DNA of 40,799 nt from an uncultured Hyphomonadaceae bacterium (GCA_964597685.1 CAZQZC010000001.1:1-40799), one strand, 5' to 3'. Shown: positions 8,662 to 17,493, counted from the first letter of the stretch. Numbers and translations: made by a program. The notes: a model not told the origin generated them from the sequence alone.

Positions 8662-10353
8662 ATGCTGCAATTCCCCGCCTGGAAAGTCGCCCTAATCGTC
8701 GCAGTCTTGCTGTGGGGTGGTTTTCTGGCGCTGCCAAACTTGTTTTCCGACAGTTTTCTAGGTGTGAAGCCGCGTCCGCCGGCGAATGAAAGCCCTAAAG
8801 AGATCGCGGAGTATACCGTCGCCTTGGCCGAAGCCGAGCAATCGTGGTGGCCGGGGGCCCTACCCAAGGGCAAGCTTAATTTGGGGCTCGACCTGCGCGG
8901 CGGCGTGTACCTTCTGATGGAGATCGATCCGGACGAGGTCGTCGCAAACCAGCTCCAGATTTTCCTGGGCGATATCCGCAATGAGACCAACAAACTCAAT
9001 CCGGACCGGATCACCTATCCAACGCCCGAAGTCGAGAACGGCCAATTCACGATCACGCTGAACAACCCGTCCCAGCTCGATCAGGCGCTCGCCCGCATTC
9101 GTCGGCTGAACACCCCAGTTGCAGGCGCGCTAGGGGGGCAGACGACCTATGAGATCACATCGTCGTCGTCGGGCCTCGTCACTGTGCGCGTCTCCGATGC
9201 GGCGCGGTCTGCGTTGGCGCGGGACGCCCAACGGAAAACCCAAGACGTGGTGCGCCGCCGCGTAGACCCGGATGGCGTCGCAGAGGTCGGTGTCCTGCCG
9301 CAGGGCGAAACGCGGCTTGTCCTGGAAGCGCCAGGGGAGGCCGACCCCGAGCGGTTGAAGGACGTGCTCGGCCAGGCCGGGCGCATGACCTTCAGCTTGG
9401 TTGACCAAGACCCTGATGCCGTGAGCGCGGCTTTTGCAACAGGGCGTGCGCGTCCTGGCTGGCGGCTGCTCACCGACCGTGAGACTGGTGAACGTCTCTT
9501 GGTTAGCAATACGCCGATCGTTACAGGCGCTGACATTGCAACGGCCAATCAGGGTTTCGATCAGAACAATAGGCCCAACGTCGAATTCCGCCTTAACTCG
9601 GCCGGCGCTCGGCGCTTTGGCGATGCAACGGCGCAGAATCGCGGACGGCTGTTCGCCATTGTGCTGGACGAGCAGATCATGTCCGCGCCCCGAATCAACG
9701 AGCCGATTTACGGCGGCCAAGTCCAGATCACCGGGACATTCTCGATTGAGGAGGCGAACAATCTCGCCGCCATCATTGAAGCGGGCGAATTGCCTGCGAA
9801 ACTTGAGTTCATTGAAGAACGAACAATCGGTCCCGGCCTCGGCGCAGATTCTATCCGCGCAGGCACGCTCGCCTCAATCATCGGTCTCGTCCTCGTGGCG
9901 GCGTTTATGGCGCTCACCTATCGCACCTATGGGCTGTTCGCTGTTCTATCTCTTGCGGCCAACGTCATTCTCATCCTCGGGGCGTTATCGGGCCTTGGCG
10001 CCACGCTCACCCTGCCCGGCATCGCCGGCATCATTCTCACAATCGGCATGGCCGTCGACGCCAATGTCCTGGTGTTCGAACGCATCCGGGAGGAGCAGCG
10101 ATCGGGGCGGTCGCCGCTGACCGCGGTTCAAGCGGGATACGAGCGTGCGTTGTCTACCATTCTCGACGCCAACATCACCACGTTCATCGCCGCCGCTGTC
10201 CTCTATGTCGGCGCGGGCGGGGGGCCGGTGGGCGGCTTCGCCGTTACACTCGCGATTGGTATCCTGACATCCGTCTTCACCGCTTTTGTCGTGACGCGGT
10301 GGTTTACGGTGACCTATCTCCGCGCGGCGCGCCCGCAAAAGCTCGCGATCTGA
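8662..10353 (+). CDS. secD: Protein translocase subunit SecD
   Basis: 563 aa with an N-terminal TM helix, a large periplasmic domain and a C-terminal 5-TM block containing GIAGIILTIGMAVDANVLVFERIREE. Confidence 0.95.
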   Translation: MLQFPAWKVALIVAVLLWGGFLALPNLFSDSFLGVKPRPPANESPKEIAEYTVALAEAEQSWWPGALPKGKLNLGLDLRGGVYLLMEIDPDEVVANQLQIFLGDIRNETNKLNPDRITYPTPEVENGQFTITLNNPSQLDQALARIRRLNTPVAGALGGQTTYEITSSSSGLVTVRVSDAARSALARDAQRKTQDVVRRRVDPDGVAEVGVLPQGETRLVLEAPGEADPERLKDVLGQAGRMTFSLVDQDPDAVSAAFATGRARPGWRLLTDRETGERLLVSNTPIVTGADIATANQGFDQNNRPNVEFRLNSAGARRFGDATAQNRGRLFAIVLDEQIMSAPRINEPIYGGQVQITGTFSIEEANNLAAIIEAGELPAKLEFIEERTIGPGLGADSIRAGTLASIIGLVLVAAFMALTYRTYGLFAVLSLAANVILILGALSGLGATLTLPGIAGIILTIGMAVDANVLVFERIREEQRSGRSPLTAVQAGYERALSTILDANITTFIAAAVLYVGAGGGPVGGFAVTLAIGILTSVFTAFVVTRWFTVTYLRAARPQKLAI

Positions 10354-10366
10354 GGAGGCCGAAGCG

Positions 10367-11332
10367 ATGTTTCAGAGGCTCGTTGAAGGTCGCAAGATAA
10401 AATTTATGTCCGCGCGCTGGCCGGCGATTGCGATGTCGGCCTTGCTCATTGTTGCGTCAATCGGTCTTGTGGCTGTGCGCGGTCTTAACTTCGGTATCGA
10501 TTTCGTCGGCGGATCGGAAATCGAGATCGAGCGTCCTGCGGCCTATGTTCAGGAAGAGGTTCGCGCCGAACTCAACGATCTTGGGCTAGGGCCTGTGGCC
10601 TTGAACGAGGCGCGGGGCACGGGCGTCGACGCCGTTGAAGTCGTCGTGATCCGCATCACCACCCAAGAGGCCGCGGCCGACGAAGTCGAAGCCGCGCAAC
10701 AAGGGGCGACTGATACAGTAGTCGCCAAGCTTCAAGATTTATTTCCAGAGCTAGAAGTTCGATCCCGGTCCTCGGTCGGTCCGAAAGTGTCTGGCGAATT
10801 GCTCCAACAAGGCGTCACCGCCCTCGTGGTCGCCTTGGCTTTGATGCTTGTTTACATCTGGTTCCGCTTCGAGTGGCAGTTTTCGCTCGGCGCCGTCGCA
10901 GCGCTCTCTCATGACGTGGCGCTGACAATCGGTGTGTTCGCTCTAACCCAGCTGGAGTTCAATCTCTCCACGATCGCGGCTCTGCTCACCATTGTCGGGT
11001 ATTCCATGAACGACACCGTCGTTGTTTTCGACCGGGTTCGCGAGGAGCGTCGGAAGTATAAGAAGATGAGCGACGCCGACGTTATCAACCTTGCGCTCAA
11101 CGGCACGCTGTCGCGCACTTTGCTGACGTCGGGGACGACACTTATCGCGCTTTTGGCGATTTTCTTCCTCGGCGGGCCGGTGCTGCGAGGCATGTCTTTC
11201 GCGCTCATTTGGGGGGTGATTGTCGGGACGTATTCCTCGATCTTCATCGCCTCGTCTTTGGTTCTCACCATCGGCATGCGTCTGGACAAAAAGCCCTCGA
11301 ACGAGGTGCAGGGATTTCAAGGCGCTCCTTAG
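10367..11332 (+). CDS. secF: Protein translocase subunit SecF
   Basis: GAGGAGG RBS. Motifs are KIKFMSARW...GLNFGIDFVGG and GYSMNDTVVVFDRVRE. Confidence 0.95.
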   Translation: MFQRLVEGRKIKFMSARWPAIAMSALLIVASIGLVAVRGLNFGIDFVGGSEIEIERPAAYVQEEVRAELNDLGLGPVALNEARGTGVDAVEVVVIRITTQEAAADEVEAAQQGATDTVVAKLQDLFPELEVRSRSSVGPKVSGELLQQGVTALVVALALMLVYIWFRFEWQFSLGAVAALSHDVALTIGVFALTQLEFNLSTIAALLTIVGYSMNDTVVVFDRVREERRKYKKMSDADVINLALNGTLSRTLLTSGTTLIALLAIFFLGGPVLRGMSFALIWGVIVGTYSSIFIASSLVLTIGMRLDKKPSNEVQGFQGAP

Positions 11333-11415
11333 GTCGTCAGCGAAGGTCTTGCGTCCAACCCCAAAGTAAGCGATTGTTCACAAGGTTGGGCGGCGCGGAC
11401 TTTAGGGGACGGACA

Positions 11416-12621
11416 ATGACTCTGAAATTCATGGCGGCTGCCGTCGCGTTAGCGCTTGCTGCTTGCGGCGGCCAAAATGCAGCGTCGGAGCCCGATCCAA
11501 GGCCTCTGTCGGAGGTGCTGGCGACGGATGGCCTGGCGGCGGCTGAGCGAAAGCTCGTGGCCGAGCCCGCATCGGCCGAGACGTCGTTCCAGCTCGGCGC
11601 TGTGCGCTTTCTACGGGCGCAAGAGGCGATCCTACAGATCCGTTACGCGAATTACGCTGGAGCCCTGCCGATCATTCCAGGCATGCGGATGACCTTGCCG
11701 CCAAACTCTGATGGCCGTTTTGATCCCGCTTTTTTGGAGCGGGCGATGAATGCAGCCCTCGAGCATTTGGCCGACGCTGAGACGGCCCTTGAGCCCGCTG
11801 TGGCGGGTGAGTTCGCGACCGAGGTGGATCTTCGCGATCTGTGGTTTGACGTCGATGCGAACGGTGAGCGAGACGAGGTGGAAAGCCTCACTGACTTAAT
11901 GGCGACACTTGGCGCCCGGCCCGACGAGGGCGCCGATCTCACCATTCGTTTTGACACCGCCGATGCAGAATGGCTGAAGGCCTATGTTCACGTCATGTCG
12001 GCGATGGCGGAGGTTACGCTTGCCCTCGATCCCACACCCGCGATTCGCGCCGTCTGGGACGGACGGCGTACGCTCGAGGAGTTCGGCGCGCCGCAGGGGA
12101 TCGGATTTTTCGGCGACGACAATGTGCCCGATACGCTCGCAGCGGTGCTTCTAACGCTCAAAGGGCCGGCCGACCGCGACCGCTCTCGCGCGGCGCACGT
12201 GCATTTCGAGTCCATGATCGCGCACAATCGGGCGTTCTGGGACGAGGTCGCGCGCGAGACGGACAATGACCGCGAATGGCTCCCAAACCCGTCACAAACC
12301 TCGGCCTTCGGCGTTGAAGTCACCGAGGAGATGGCGGCCGGGTGGCAAGATGTCTTGGCAGAGATGGAGCGCGTTTTGAGTGGCGACGTCCTAGTTCCCT
12401 ATTGGCGCATCCCGAACGATCCGAATGCTGAGACGGGGGTCGGAATCAACATTCGCAAAGTGTTTGAAGAACCGGGTGATATGGATTTAATTCTCTGGAT
12501 CCAGGGAAGCGCTGCCGCGCCATACTTGGAGCGCGGAGACTTGGTGCAGTTGAACGCTTGGGAGCGATTTGCGCGCATGACCCGGGGCGACAGCCTTCTG
12601 CTCGCCGCCTGGTTCAACTAG
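11416..12621 (+). CDS. Hypothetical lipoprotein (no family recognised)
   Basis: I placed the start at the internal ATG giving MTLKFMAAAVALALAACGGQ (lipobox LAAC). The upstream part of track ORF 11209.. overlaps secF. The product is 401 aa, acidic and predicted helical-rich. I recognise no motif in it. Confidence 0.7.
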   Translation: MTLKFMAAAVALALAACGGQNAASEPDPRPLSEVLATDGLAAAERKLVAEPASAETSFQLGAVRFLRAQEAILQIRYANYAGALPIIPGMRMTLPPNSDGRFDPAFLERAMNAALEHLADAETALEPAVAGEFATEVDLRDLWFDVDANGERDEVESLTDLMATLGARPDEGADLTIRFDTADAEWLKAYVHVMSAMAEVTLALDPTPAIRAVWDGRRTLEEFGAPQGIGFFGDDNVPDTLAAVLLTLKGPADRDRSRAAHVHFESMIAHNRAFWDEVARETDNDREWLPNPSQTSAFGVEVTEEMAAGWQDVLAEMERVLSGDVLVPYWRIPNDPNAETGVGINIRKVFEEPGDMDLILWIQGSAAAPYLERGDLVQLNAWERFARMTRGDSLLLAAWFN

Positions 12622-12649
12622 CCGGACGTAAGCGCTCGCGCGCCCGAGC

Positions 12650-13234
12650 CTATCGACGGCCAGGTATGATGAAGCACGAGGCGACTTGGCGACGCATAAA
12701 GCAGCGTTGAGACACGTCCATGGTTTCGGCCTGAGCTCGTTCTATCTCCAGCATCCAATCCTCGAGTTTGGCTCGCGGCATTTCGCGAAAGCCGAGCGAG
12801 CGGTAGAATGGGCCGTTCCAGGACAAATCGCGAAAGGTTGAAAGCGTGACCGTCCTGCAGCCCAGAGTGTTGGCGTGATCCATGACGGCCTGCATCAGGC
12901 GGCGGCCGAGACCTTGGCGACCATGGGCGGGATCGACGGAGATCTGATCAAGGTAGAGATCGTCGCTGCGCCGATCCATCATGGCGAAGCCAACCGCCTC
13001 GTCGTCACCATCTGCGGCCACGAACACGAGTCCGGTATCGATCGCTTGGGCAAGCGTATTGGCGGGGATGCTCTCTGGAATCGTGGCCATGTCGCGGATC
13101 AGACCGGTTGGCCGAAACAGCTCCGACGCGGCGCGGTCCGCGACGAGAATCGAGGGGATATCGGCGAGGGTCGCGTCCCTGATCTTGTAACCTTGAGGCG
13201 ATCCGCGCATTGACGGGGCCGAGTCCTGTGTCAT
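12650..13234 (-). CDS. GNAT family N-acetyltransferase
   Basis: 194 aa. The acetyl-CoA site is VDPAHGRQGLGRRLMQAVMDHA (Q/RxxGxG/A motif) and the C-terminal segment FYRSLGF is typical of GNAT. Confidence 0.8.
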   Translation of the reverse strand: MTQDSAPSMRGSPQGYKIRDATLADIPSILVADRAASELFRPTGLIRDMATIPESIPANTLAQAIDTGLVFVAADGDDEAVGFAMMDRRSDDLYLDQISVDPAHGRQGLGRRLMQAVMDHANTLGCRTVTLSTFRDLSWNGPFYRSLGFREMPRAKLEDWMLEIERAQAETMDVSQRCFMRRQVASCFIIPGRR

Positions 13235-13274
13235 GTCAAAGTTCGAGTTTTAGGCGATTCAAGGAGCGCGCGCC

Positions 13275-14414
13275 ATGACCGCCCCCTTTACGGACGAACA
13301 GATTCTCATTCGCGAGACGGCGCGGAAGTTCTCTGAGGACCGTTTGGCGCCCCATTCCGAGCGTTGGGATCAAGAAAAACATTTCCCCGTCGACGTGATT
13401 AAGGACGCTGCGGAGCTTGGTTTCGCGGGCATCTATGTGCGCGACGACGTCGGCGGGTCGGGGCTCAGCCGCCTCGATGCGGTGATGATCTTCGAACAGC
13501 TCTCCATGGGCGACGTGTCGACGGCGGCTTTCATCTCGATCCATAATATGGCGAGCTGGATGATCGATACGTTCGGGTCCGAGGCGCAGCGTAGCCATTG
13601 GCTGCCGAAGCTGACCTCAATGGAGCTGATCGCTTCATATTGCCTGACGGAACCAGGGTCGGGCTCGGACGCCGCGAGCCTGAAGACGAAAGCCGTCAAA
13701 GACGGCGATGATTATGTCATCACGGGCGGCAAGCAATTCATCTCAGGCGCGGGGACGAGCGATATTTATGTTGTTATGGCCCGCACGTCCGACGACGGTC
13801 CGCGCGGCGTCTCCACGTTCATTATTGAGAAGGATGCGCCAGGCCTGAGCTTCGGCGCCAACGAGCGGAAGATGGGCTGGAACTCCCAGCCGACGCGGCA
13901 AGTGATCTTAGACGAAGTGCGCGTGCCGGCGGCGAACCGGATCGGCGGCGAAGGGCATGGCTTTCGCTTCGCCATGGCGGGCCTGGACGGCGGCCGGCTG
14001 AACATCGCAGCCTGCTCCCTAGGCGGTGCGCAAACGGCGCTCGACAAGGCGCTCGCCTATGCGCAGGAACGCAGACAATTCGGGCAACCTATCGCCGATT
14101 TCCAGGCGATCCAGTTCAAGCTCGCCGATATGGAGACCGAGCTGCAGGCCGCGCGCGTCATGCTTTACGAGGCCGCCTCCCGGTTAGACGCCAAGACACC
14201 GGATGCGACACGCTGGTGCGCCATGGCGAAGCGGCTGGTCACCGACACAGGCTTCAAGGTCGCCAATGACGCGCTGCAGATCCATGGCGGCTATGGCTAT
14301 TTGGCCGATTACGGGGTGGAGCGGATTGTCCGCGATCTGCGTGTTCACCAGATCCTTGAAGGCACGAACGAGATCATGCGGGTGATCATATCGCGCGACA
14401 TGCTGCGCCAGTGA
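13275..14414 (+). CDS. Isobutyryl-CoA dehydrogenase-type acyl-CoA dehydrogenase
   Basis: AAGGAG RBS 8 nt upstream. The product is 379 aa with ACAD motifs CLTEPGSGSDA and QIHGGYGY. The C-terminus RVHQILEGTNEIMRVIISRDML closely resembles ACAD8-type enzymes. It is clustered with a 3-hydroxyisobutyryl-CoA hydrolase gene. Confidence 0.88.
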   Translation: MTAPFTDEQILIRETARKFSEDRLAPHSERWDQEKHFPVDVIKDAAELGFAGIYVRDDVGGSGLSRLDAVMIFEQLSMGDVSTAAFISIHNMASWMIDTFGSEAQRSHWLPKLTSMELIASYCLTEPGSGSDAASLKTKAVKDGDDYVITGGKQFISGAGTSDIYVVMARTSDDGPRGVSTFIIEKDAPGLSFGANERKMGWNSQPTRQVILDEVRVPAANRIGGEGHGFRFAMAGLDGGRLNIAACSLGGAQTALDKALAYAQERRQFGQPIADFQAIQFKLADMETELQAARVMLYEAASRLDAKTPDATRWCAMAKRLVTDTGFKVANDALQIHGGYGYLADYGVERIVRDLRVHQILEGTNEIMRVIISRDMLRQ

Positions 14415-14696
14415 TCAAACGATCGTTTCAACCGAGGAACTGAGAAACTGAACGCCGAGGGCATGGCCCTTTTGCCAGCGCCGTTGAGCCTCACATCGTT
14501 TTAGGCGGCGCTCATCGGGGCTGTACATTTCGACGGTGAAATGATCCGGGAGCACTACAAAACGCTTCGCCGACAGGCGAGCCCCGCGGCGCGAAAAGTC
14601 TCGTACGGTCATGTCGAACTTGAAGCCGTTGGGAAGCGCCACCCGCCCGCGGGTTGCGACCTCATGCCGGTGAAGCTTACGGTTCTCTGTTGTCAT
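14415..14696 (-). CDS. Single-domain PilZ protein (predicted c-di-GMP receptor)
   Basis: Both PilZ signatures are present: RKLHR (RxxxR) and DFSRRG (DxSxxG). I placed the start at Met15 of the track ORF because AGAAGGAGG lies about 6 nt upstream of that ATG (14696). The product is 93 aa. Confidence 0.8.
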   Translation of the reverse strand: MTTENRKLHRHEVATRGRVALPNGFKFDMTVRDFSRRGARLSAKRFVVLPDHFTVEMYSPDERRLKRCEAQRRWQKGHALGVQFLSSSVETIV

Positions 14697-14747
14697 TGCC
14701 GCCTCCTTCTCGTTCGCCTTACGCAGGAGCCGTGCCACACGGATTCA

Positions 14748-14785
14748 CCCTTTAAGCGAGGCGGTCCCCTCGGACGCTAAAAGGG
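14748..14785. promoter_or_regulatory. Imperfect inverted repeat in the PilZ / TauD divergent intergenic region
   Basis: CCCTTTAAGCG (14748-14758) N16 CGCTAAAAGGG (14775-14785), with 10 of 11 positions complementary. The spacer contains an inner GAGG/CCTC pair. A related palindrome GCTTAAGC sits at 14809-14816. Confidence 0.3.
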
Positions 14786-14864
14786 CCTAGCGGAATTGAC
14801 CCCACACGGCTTAAGCTGGGGCAGACAGCGTCGAACAGAGCGCTGCGCCAAGGGAGCGCGTCAC

Positions 14865-15716
14865 ATGACGGACATGACCATCACGCCACTGCCCGGCGTT
14901 GGGGCGGAGATTTCCGGCGTCGATCTCGCTGGAGCGCTTGAAGATGCTGATTTTGAGCGAATACGGTCCACCTTTGCCGAACACGGCCTGATCTTTTTGC
15001 GTGACCAGACAATCGACGAGCACCAACACATCGCCTTCGCCAAGCGCTGGGGCGAGATCAATATCAATCGCTTTTTCGCCGCCCATCCCGATCACCCCGA
15101 AATTGCGTTGGTCGCAAAAGAACCTGACCAACAGGACAATATCGGCGGCGGCTGGCATACAGATCATTCTTATGACCGAGAGCCCGCAATGGGAGCGATC
15201 CTCGTCGCGCGGGACCTTCCTGAGTCTGGCGGCGACACACTCTTCGCATCCATGTACGCGGCCTACGACGCCCTATCGGATGAGATGAAGGAGCGCCTTG
15301 CAGGTCTGAGAGCGGTCCACTCCGCCAAGCATATTTTCGGCGGCGGAGAGGACACGTTCTATAGACAGACGGATGCCGGCGGTGGACGGATCGGCAATTC
15401 CAACGCGGCCGACGCCTTGTCTGATGTGACCCACCCCGTCGTCATCACGCACCCGCTGAGCGGCAAGAAAGCGCTCTACGTGAACCCAGCCTTTACGAGG
15501 CGCATTGAAGGGTTGGAGGCTGACGAGTCTCAGAAGCTCCTCATGGAACTCTACGCCCATTGCATGAACCAGGACTTCGTCCATCGCTTCACGTGGGAGC
15601 CGGGCTCTATCGCTTTCTGGGACAATCGCGCCACCTGGCACTACGCCTTGAACGACTATCACGGGCAAAGGCGCGTCATGCACCGCATCACGCTCGAAGG
15701 CGGGCCGCTGCACTGA
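14865..15716 (+). CDS. TauD/TfdA family Fe(II)/2-oxoglutarate-dependent dioxygenase
   Basis: I placed the start at the ATG with AGGGAG 8 nt upstream, giving MTDMTITPL. The HxD iron motif is WHTDHSY, followed by GGDTLFASM, with a distal His in ATWHYA and an Arg in RVMHRITLEG. The product is 283 aa. Confidence 0.85.
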   Translation: MTDMTITPLPGVGAEISGVDLAGALEDADFERIRSTFAEHGLIFLRDQTIDEHQHIAFAKRWGEININRFFAAHPDHPEIALVAKEPDQQDNIGGGWHTDHSYDREPAMGAILVARDLPESGGDTLFASMYAAYDALSDEMKERLAGLRAVHSAKHIFGGGEDTFYRQTDAGGGRIGNSNAADALSDVTHPVVITHPLSGKKALYVNPAFTRRIEGLEADESQKLLMELYAHCMNQDFVHRFTWEPGSIAFWDNRATWHYALNDYHGQRRVMHRITLEGGPLH

Positions 15717-15726
15717 GGACGACGAC

Positions 15727-16788
15727 ATGATCGAACATGTGCTTGTCCGTGTGGAGGGCGGGATCGGCCGTCTCACGCTGAACCGCCCCGACGCGCTTCA
15801 CGCCTTAACCACGGGCATGTGCGCAAGCATGCACGCGGCGCTCGAGGCTTGGGCCAACGACCCGGCCATACATTTGGTCATGATCGACCACGCCGATGGG
15901 ACACGCGGTTTCTGCGCCGGCGGAGATATTCGAATGCTGGCGGAGAGCGGCGCGTCCGACGGGGCGGAGGCGTTCGAATTCTTCGCTACGGAGTATCGCC
16001 TTAATGCAGCGATCGAAGCGTTTCCCAAACCGTATTTGGCGATTATCGACGGCGTGACCATGGGCGGCGGTGTCGGCGTCTCTGTGCACGGATCGCACCG
16101 CGTCGCCACGGAGCGCACGGTCTTCGCGATGCCGGAGACGGGCATTGGCCTCTTCCCGGATGTTGGCGGCGGGTGGTTTCTACCGCGTCTGCGCGGCGAA
16201 TTGGGAACCTGGCTGGCGCTGACCGGGGCGCGGTTAAAGGGTGTCGACGTGGCGGCGGCGGACGTCGCGACGCACTTTCTGCCGTCCGAGCTTATCCCGA
16301 ACCTGAAATCCCAGATCCTGTCGGCGGATTTCTCCAATGGGGCGGCGGAGATGCTGAACGGTGTCTTGGCGGGCCTGACCCATGCCGTTCCCGCCGGCTC
16401 TTTCGAACCGCATCGCGATTCGATCGATCACTGTTTTGCGGATGACGATATGGAGGGCATCGTCGCCGCGCTTGGGTCCGATGGCTCCGATTGGGCCCAG
16501 GCGCAACTCGACATCCTCGCCTCAAAATCTCCGCGAACGCTGAAAGTCGCCCTTCGCCAATTGCGCGCCGGCCGGCGCATGACCAGTTTCGAAGACAATA
16601 TGCGGATGGAGTATCGCGTAGGCCGTCGCCAGGTGATCAGCGCTGATTTCTTGGAAGGCGTACGCGCTGTCATTATCGACAAAGACAATGCGCCAAGCTG
16701 GGAGCCAGGGAGAATCGAGGACGTGTCCGACGCCTTAATCGATGAGGTGTTCGCGCCTTTGGGTGAGGCTGAATTGACATTCAAGTGA
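15727..16788 (+). CDS. 3-hydroxyisobutyryl-CoA hydrolase (enoyl-CoA hydratase/isomerase superfamily)
   Basis: 353 aa. The crotonase fold is marked by FCAGGDIR and DGVTMGGGVG, and a HIBCH-type C-terminal extension is present (KSPRTLKVALRQL..., EGVRAVIIDKDNAPSW). Confidence 0.85.
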   Translation: MIEHVLVRVEGGIGRLTLNRPDALHALTTGMCASMHAALEAWANDPAIHLVMIDHADGTRGFCAGGDIRMLAESGASDGAEAFEFFATEYRLNAAIEAFPKPYLAIIDGVTMGGGVGVSVHGSHRVATERTVFAMPETGIGLFPDVGGGWFLPRLRGELGTWLALTGARLKGVDVAAADVATHFLPSELIPNLKSQILSADFSNGAAEMLNGVLAGLTHAVPAGSFEPHRDSIDHCFADDDMEGIVAALGSDGSDWAQAQLDILASKSPRTLKVALRQLRAGRRMTSFEDNMRMEYRVGRRQVISADFLEGVRAVIIDKDNAPSWEPGRIEDVSDALIDEVFAPLGEAELTFK

Positions 16789-16810
16789 AGTCAGCGAAAT
16801 CTCACTAGAT

Positions 16811-16839
16811 TTGATAAAGTTGTTAGGAAGTTTTTAATA
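16811..16839 (+). promoter_or_regulatory. Candidate promoter for the marR-family gene
   Basis: TTGATA-N17-TTAATA inside a 125-bp AT-rich intergenic island. This is a pattern match only. Confidence 0.3.
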
Positions 16840-16888
16840 AATCAAAGATGGCGATGATTAGCGAATAATTAGTGACGTTCGGATATAT

Positions 16889-16917
16889 CCACTCAAACTA
16901 CAACAAAAGTTGAGTGG
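16889..16917. promoter_or_regulatory. Perfect 8-bp inverted repeat overlapping the marR-family start region
   Basis: CCACTCAA (16889-16896) N13 TTGAGTGG (16910-16917). The right arm overlaps the GTG at 16914. Confidence 0.3.
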
Positions 16918-17417
16918 GTGATCAAATGGGTATTAGCTCTGCGCAAGAGCGCATTGAATCCGTCGAGGGGTCTTTCCTTAAATCGCTGTCCTTGCTCGAA
17001 CAGGCGCATCGTCGGCTTCACGACGTCGTCAAGGATGATCTGGAGCGTTCGGGAGAGCGCTCGCTAACGGGCGTGCAAGCCCTGCTTCTTTATGAGATTG
17101 GCGATGAGGAAACGCCGGCGTCCGCTCTCCGGGCGCGGGGCGCATTCGCTGGGACAAGCCTGTCGTATAACGTCAAGAAGCTCCAAGAAGCTGGCTATTT
17201 GCTGCAGAACCGGTCCAAAGACGACAAGCGCACGGTTCGCCTGGCTTTGACGGAACGCGGAAAGAAGGTGCGCGGGCGCGTGGCGGCGTTGTTTGAGAAG
17301 CAAGCCGCCGCCCTTGAGCCGACAGCGAGTGTTCGACACGACGACCTGGACCAGTTGAATAAGACCGTGACCCGCTTGGAACGTTTCTGGTCAGATCAGA
17401 TCCGTTTTCGCCTCTGA
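16914..17417 (+). CDS. MarR family (winged-helix) transcriptional regulator
   Basis: wHTH region LTGVQALLLYEIGDEE...LSYNVKKLQEAGYLLQNRSKDDKRTVRLALTERGKK. The start is either GTG 16914 or ATG 16926, and neither has a strong RBS. Confidence 0.8.
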   Translation: MGDQMGISSAQERIESVEGSFLKSLSLLEQAHRRLHDVVKDDLERSGERSLTGVQALLLYEIGDEETPASALRARGAFAGTSLSYNVKKLQEAGYLLQNRSKDDKRTVRLALTERGKKVRGRVAALFEKQAAALEPTASVRHDDLDQLNKTVTRLERFWSDQIRFRL

Positions 17418-17456
17418 TAGCGATTTTCCGCTCTAGCATACGACATCAAATTACGT

Positions 17457-17493
17457 AAAAAGCCGTATCGTCCATGCGACGATACGGCTTTTT
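17457..17493. terminator. Bidirectional rho-independent terminator between marR and hemA
   Basis: Perfect 12-bp stem AGCCGTATCGTC (17461-17472) / GACGATACGGCT (17478-17489) with loop CATGC, flanked by AAAA on the 5' side and TTTT on the 3' side. Confidence 0.85.
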
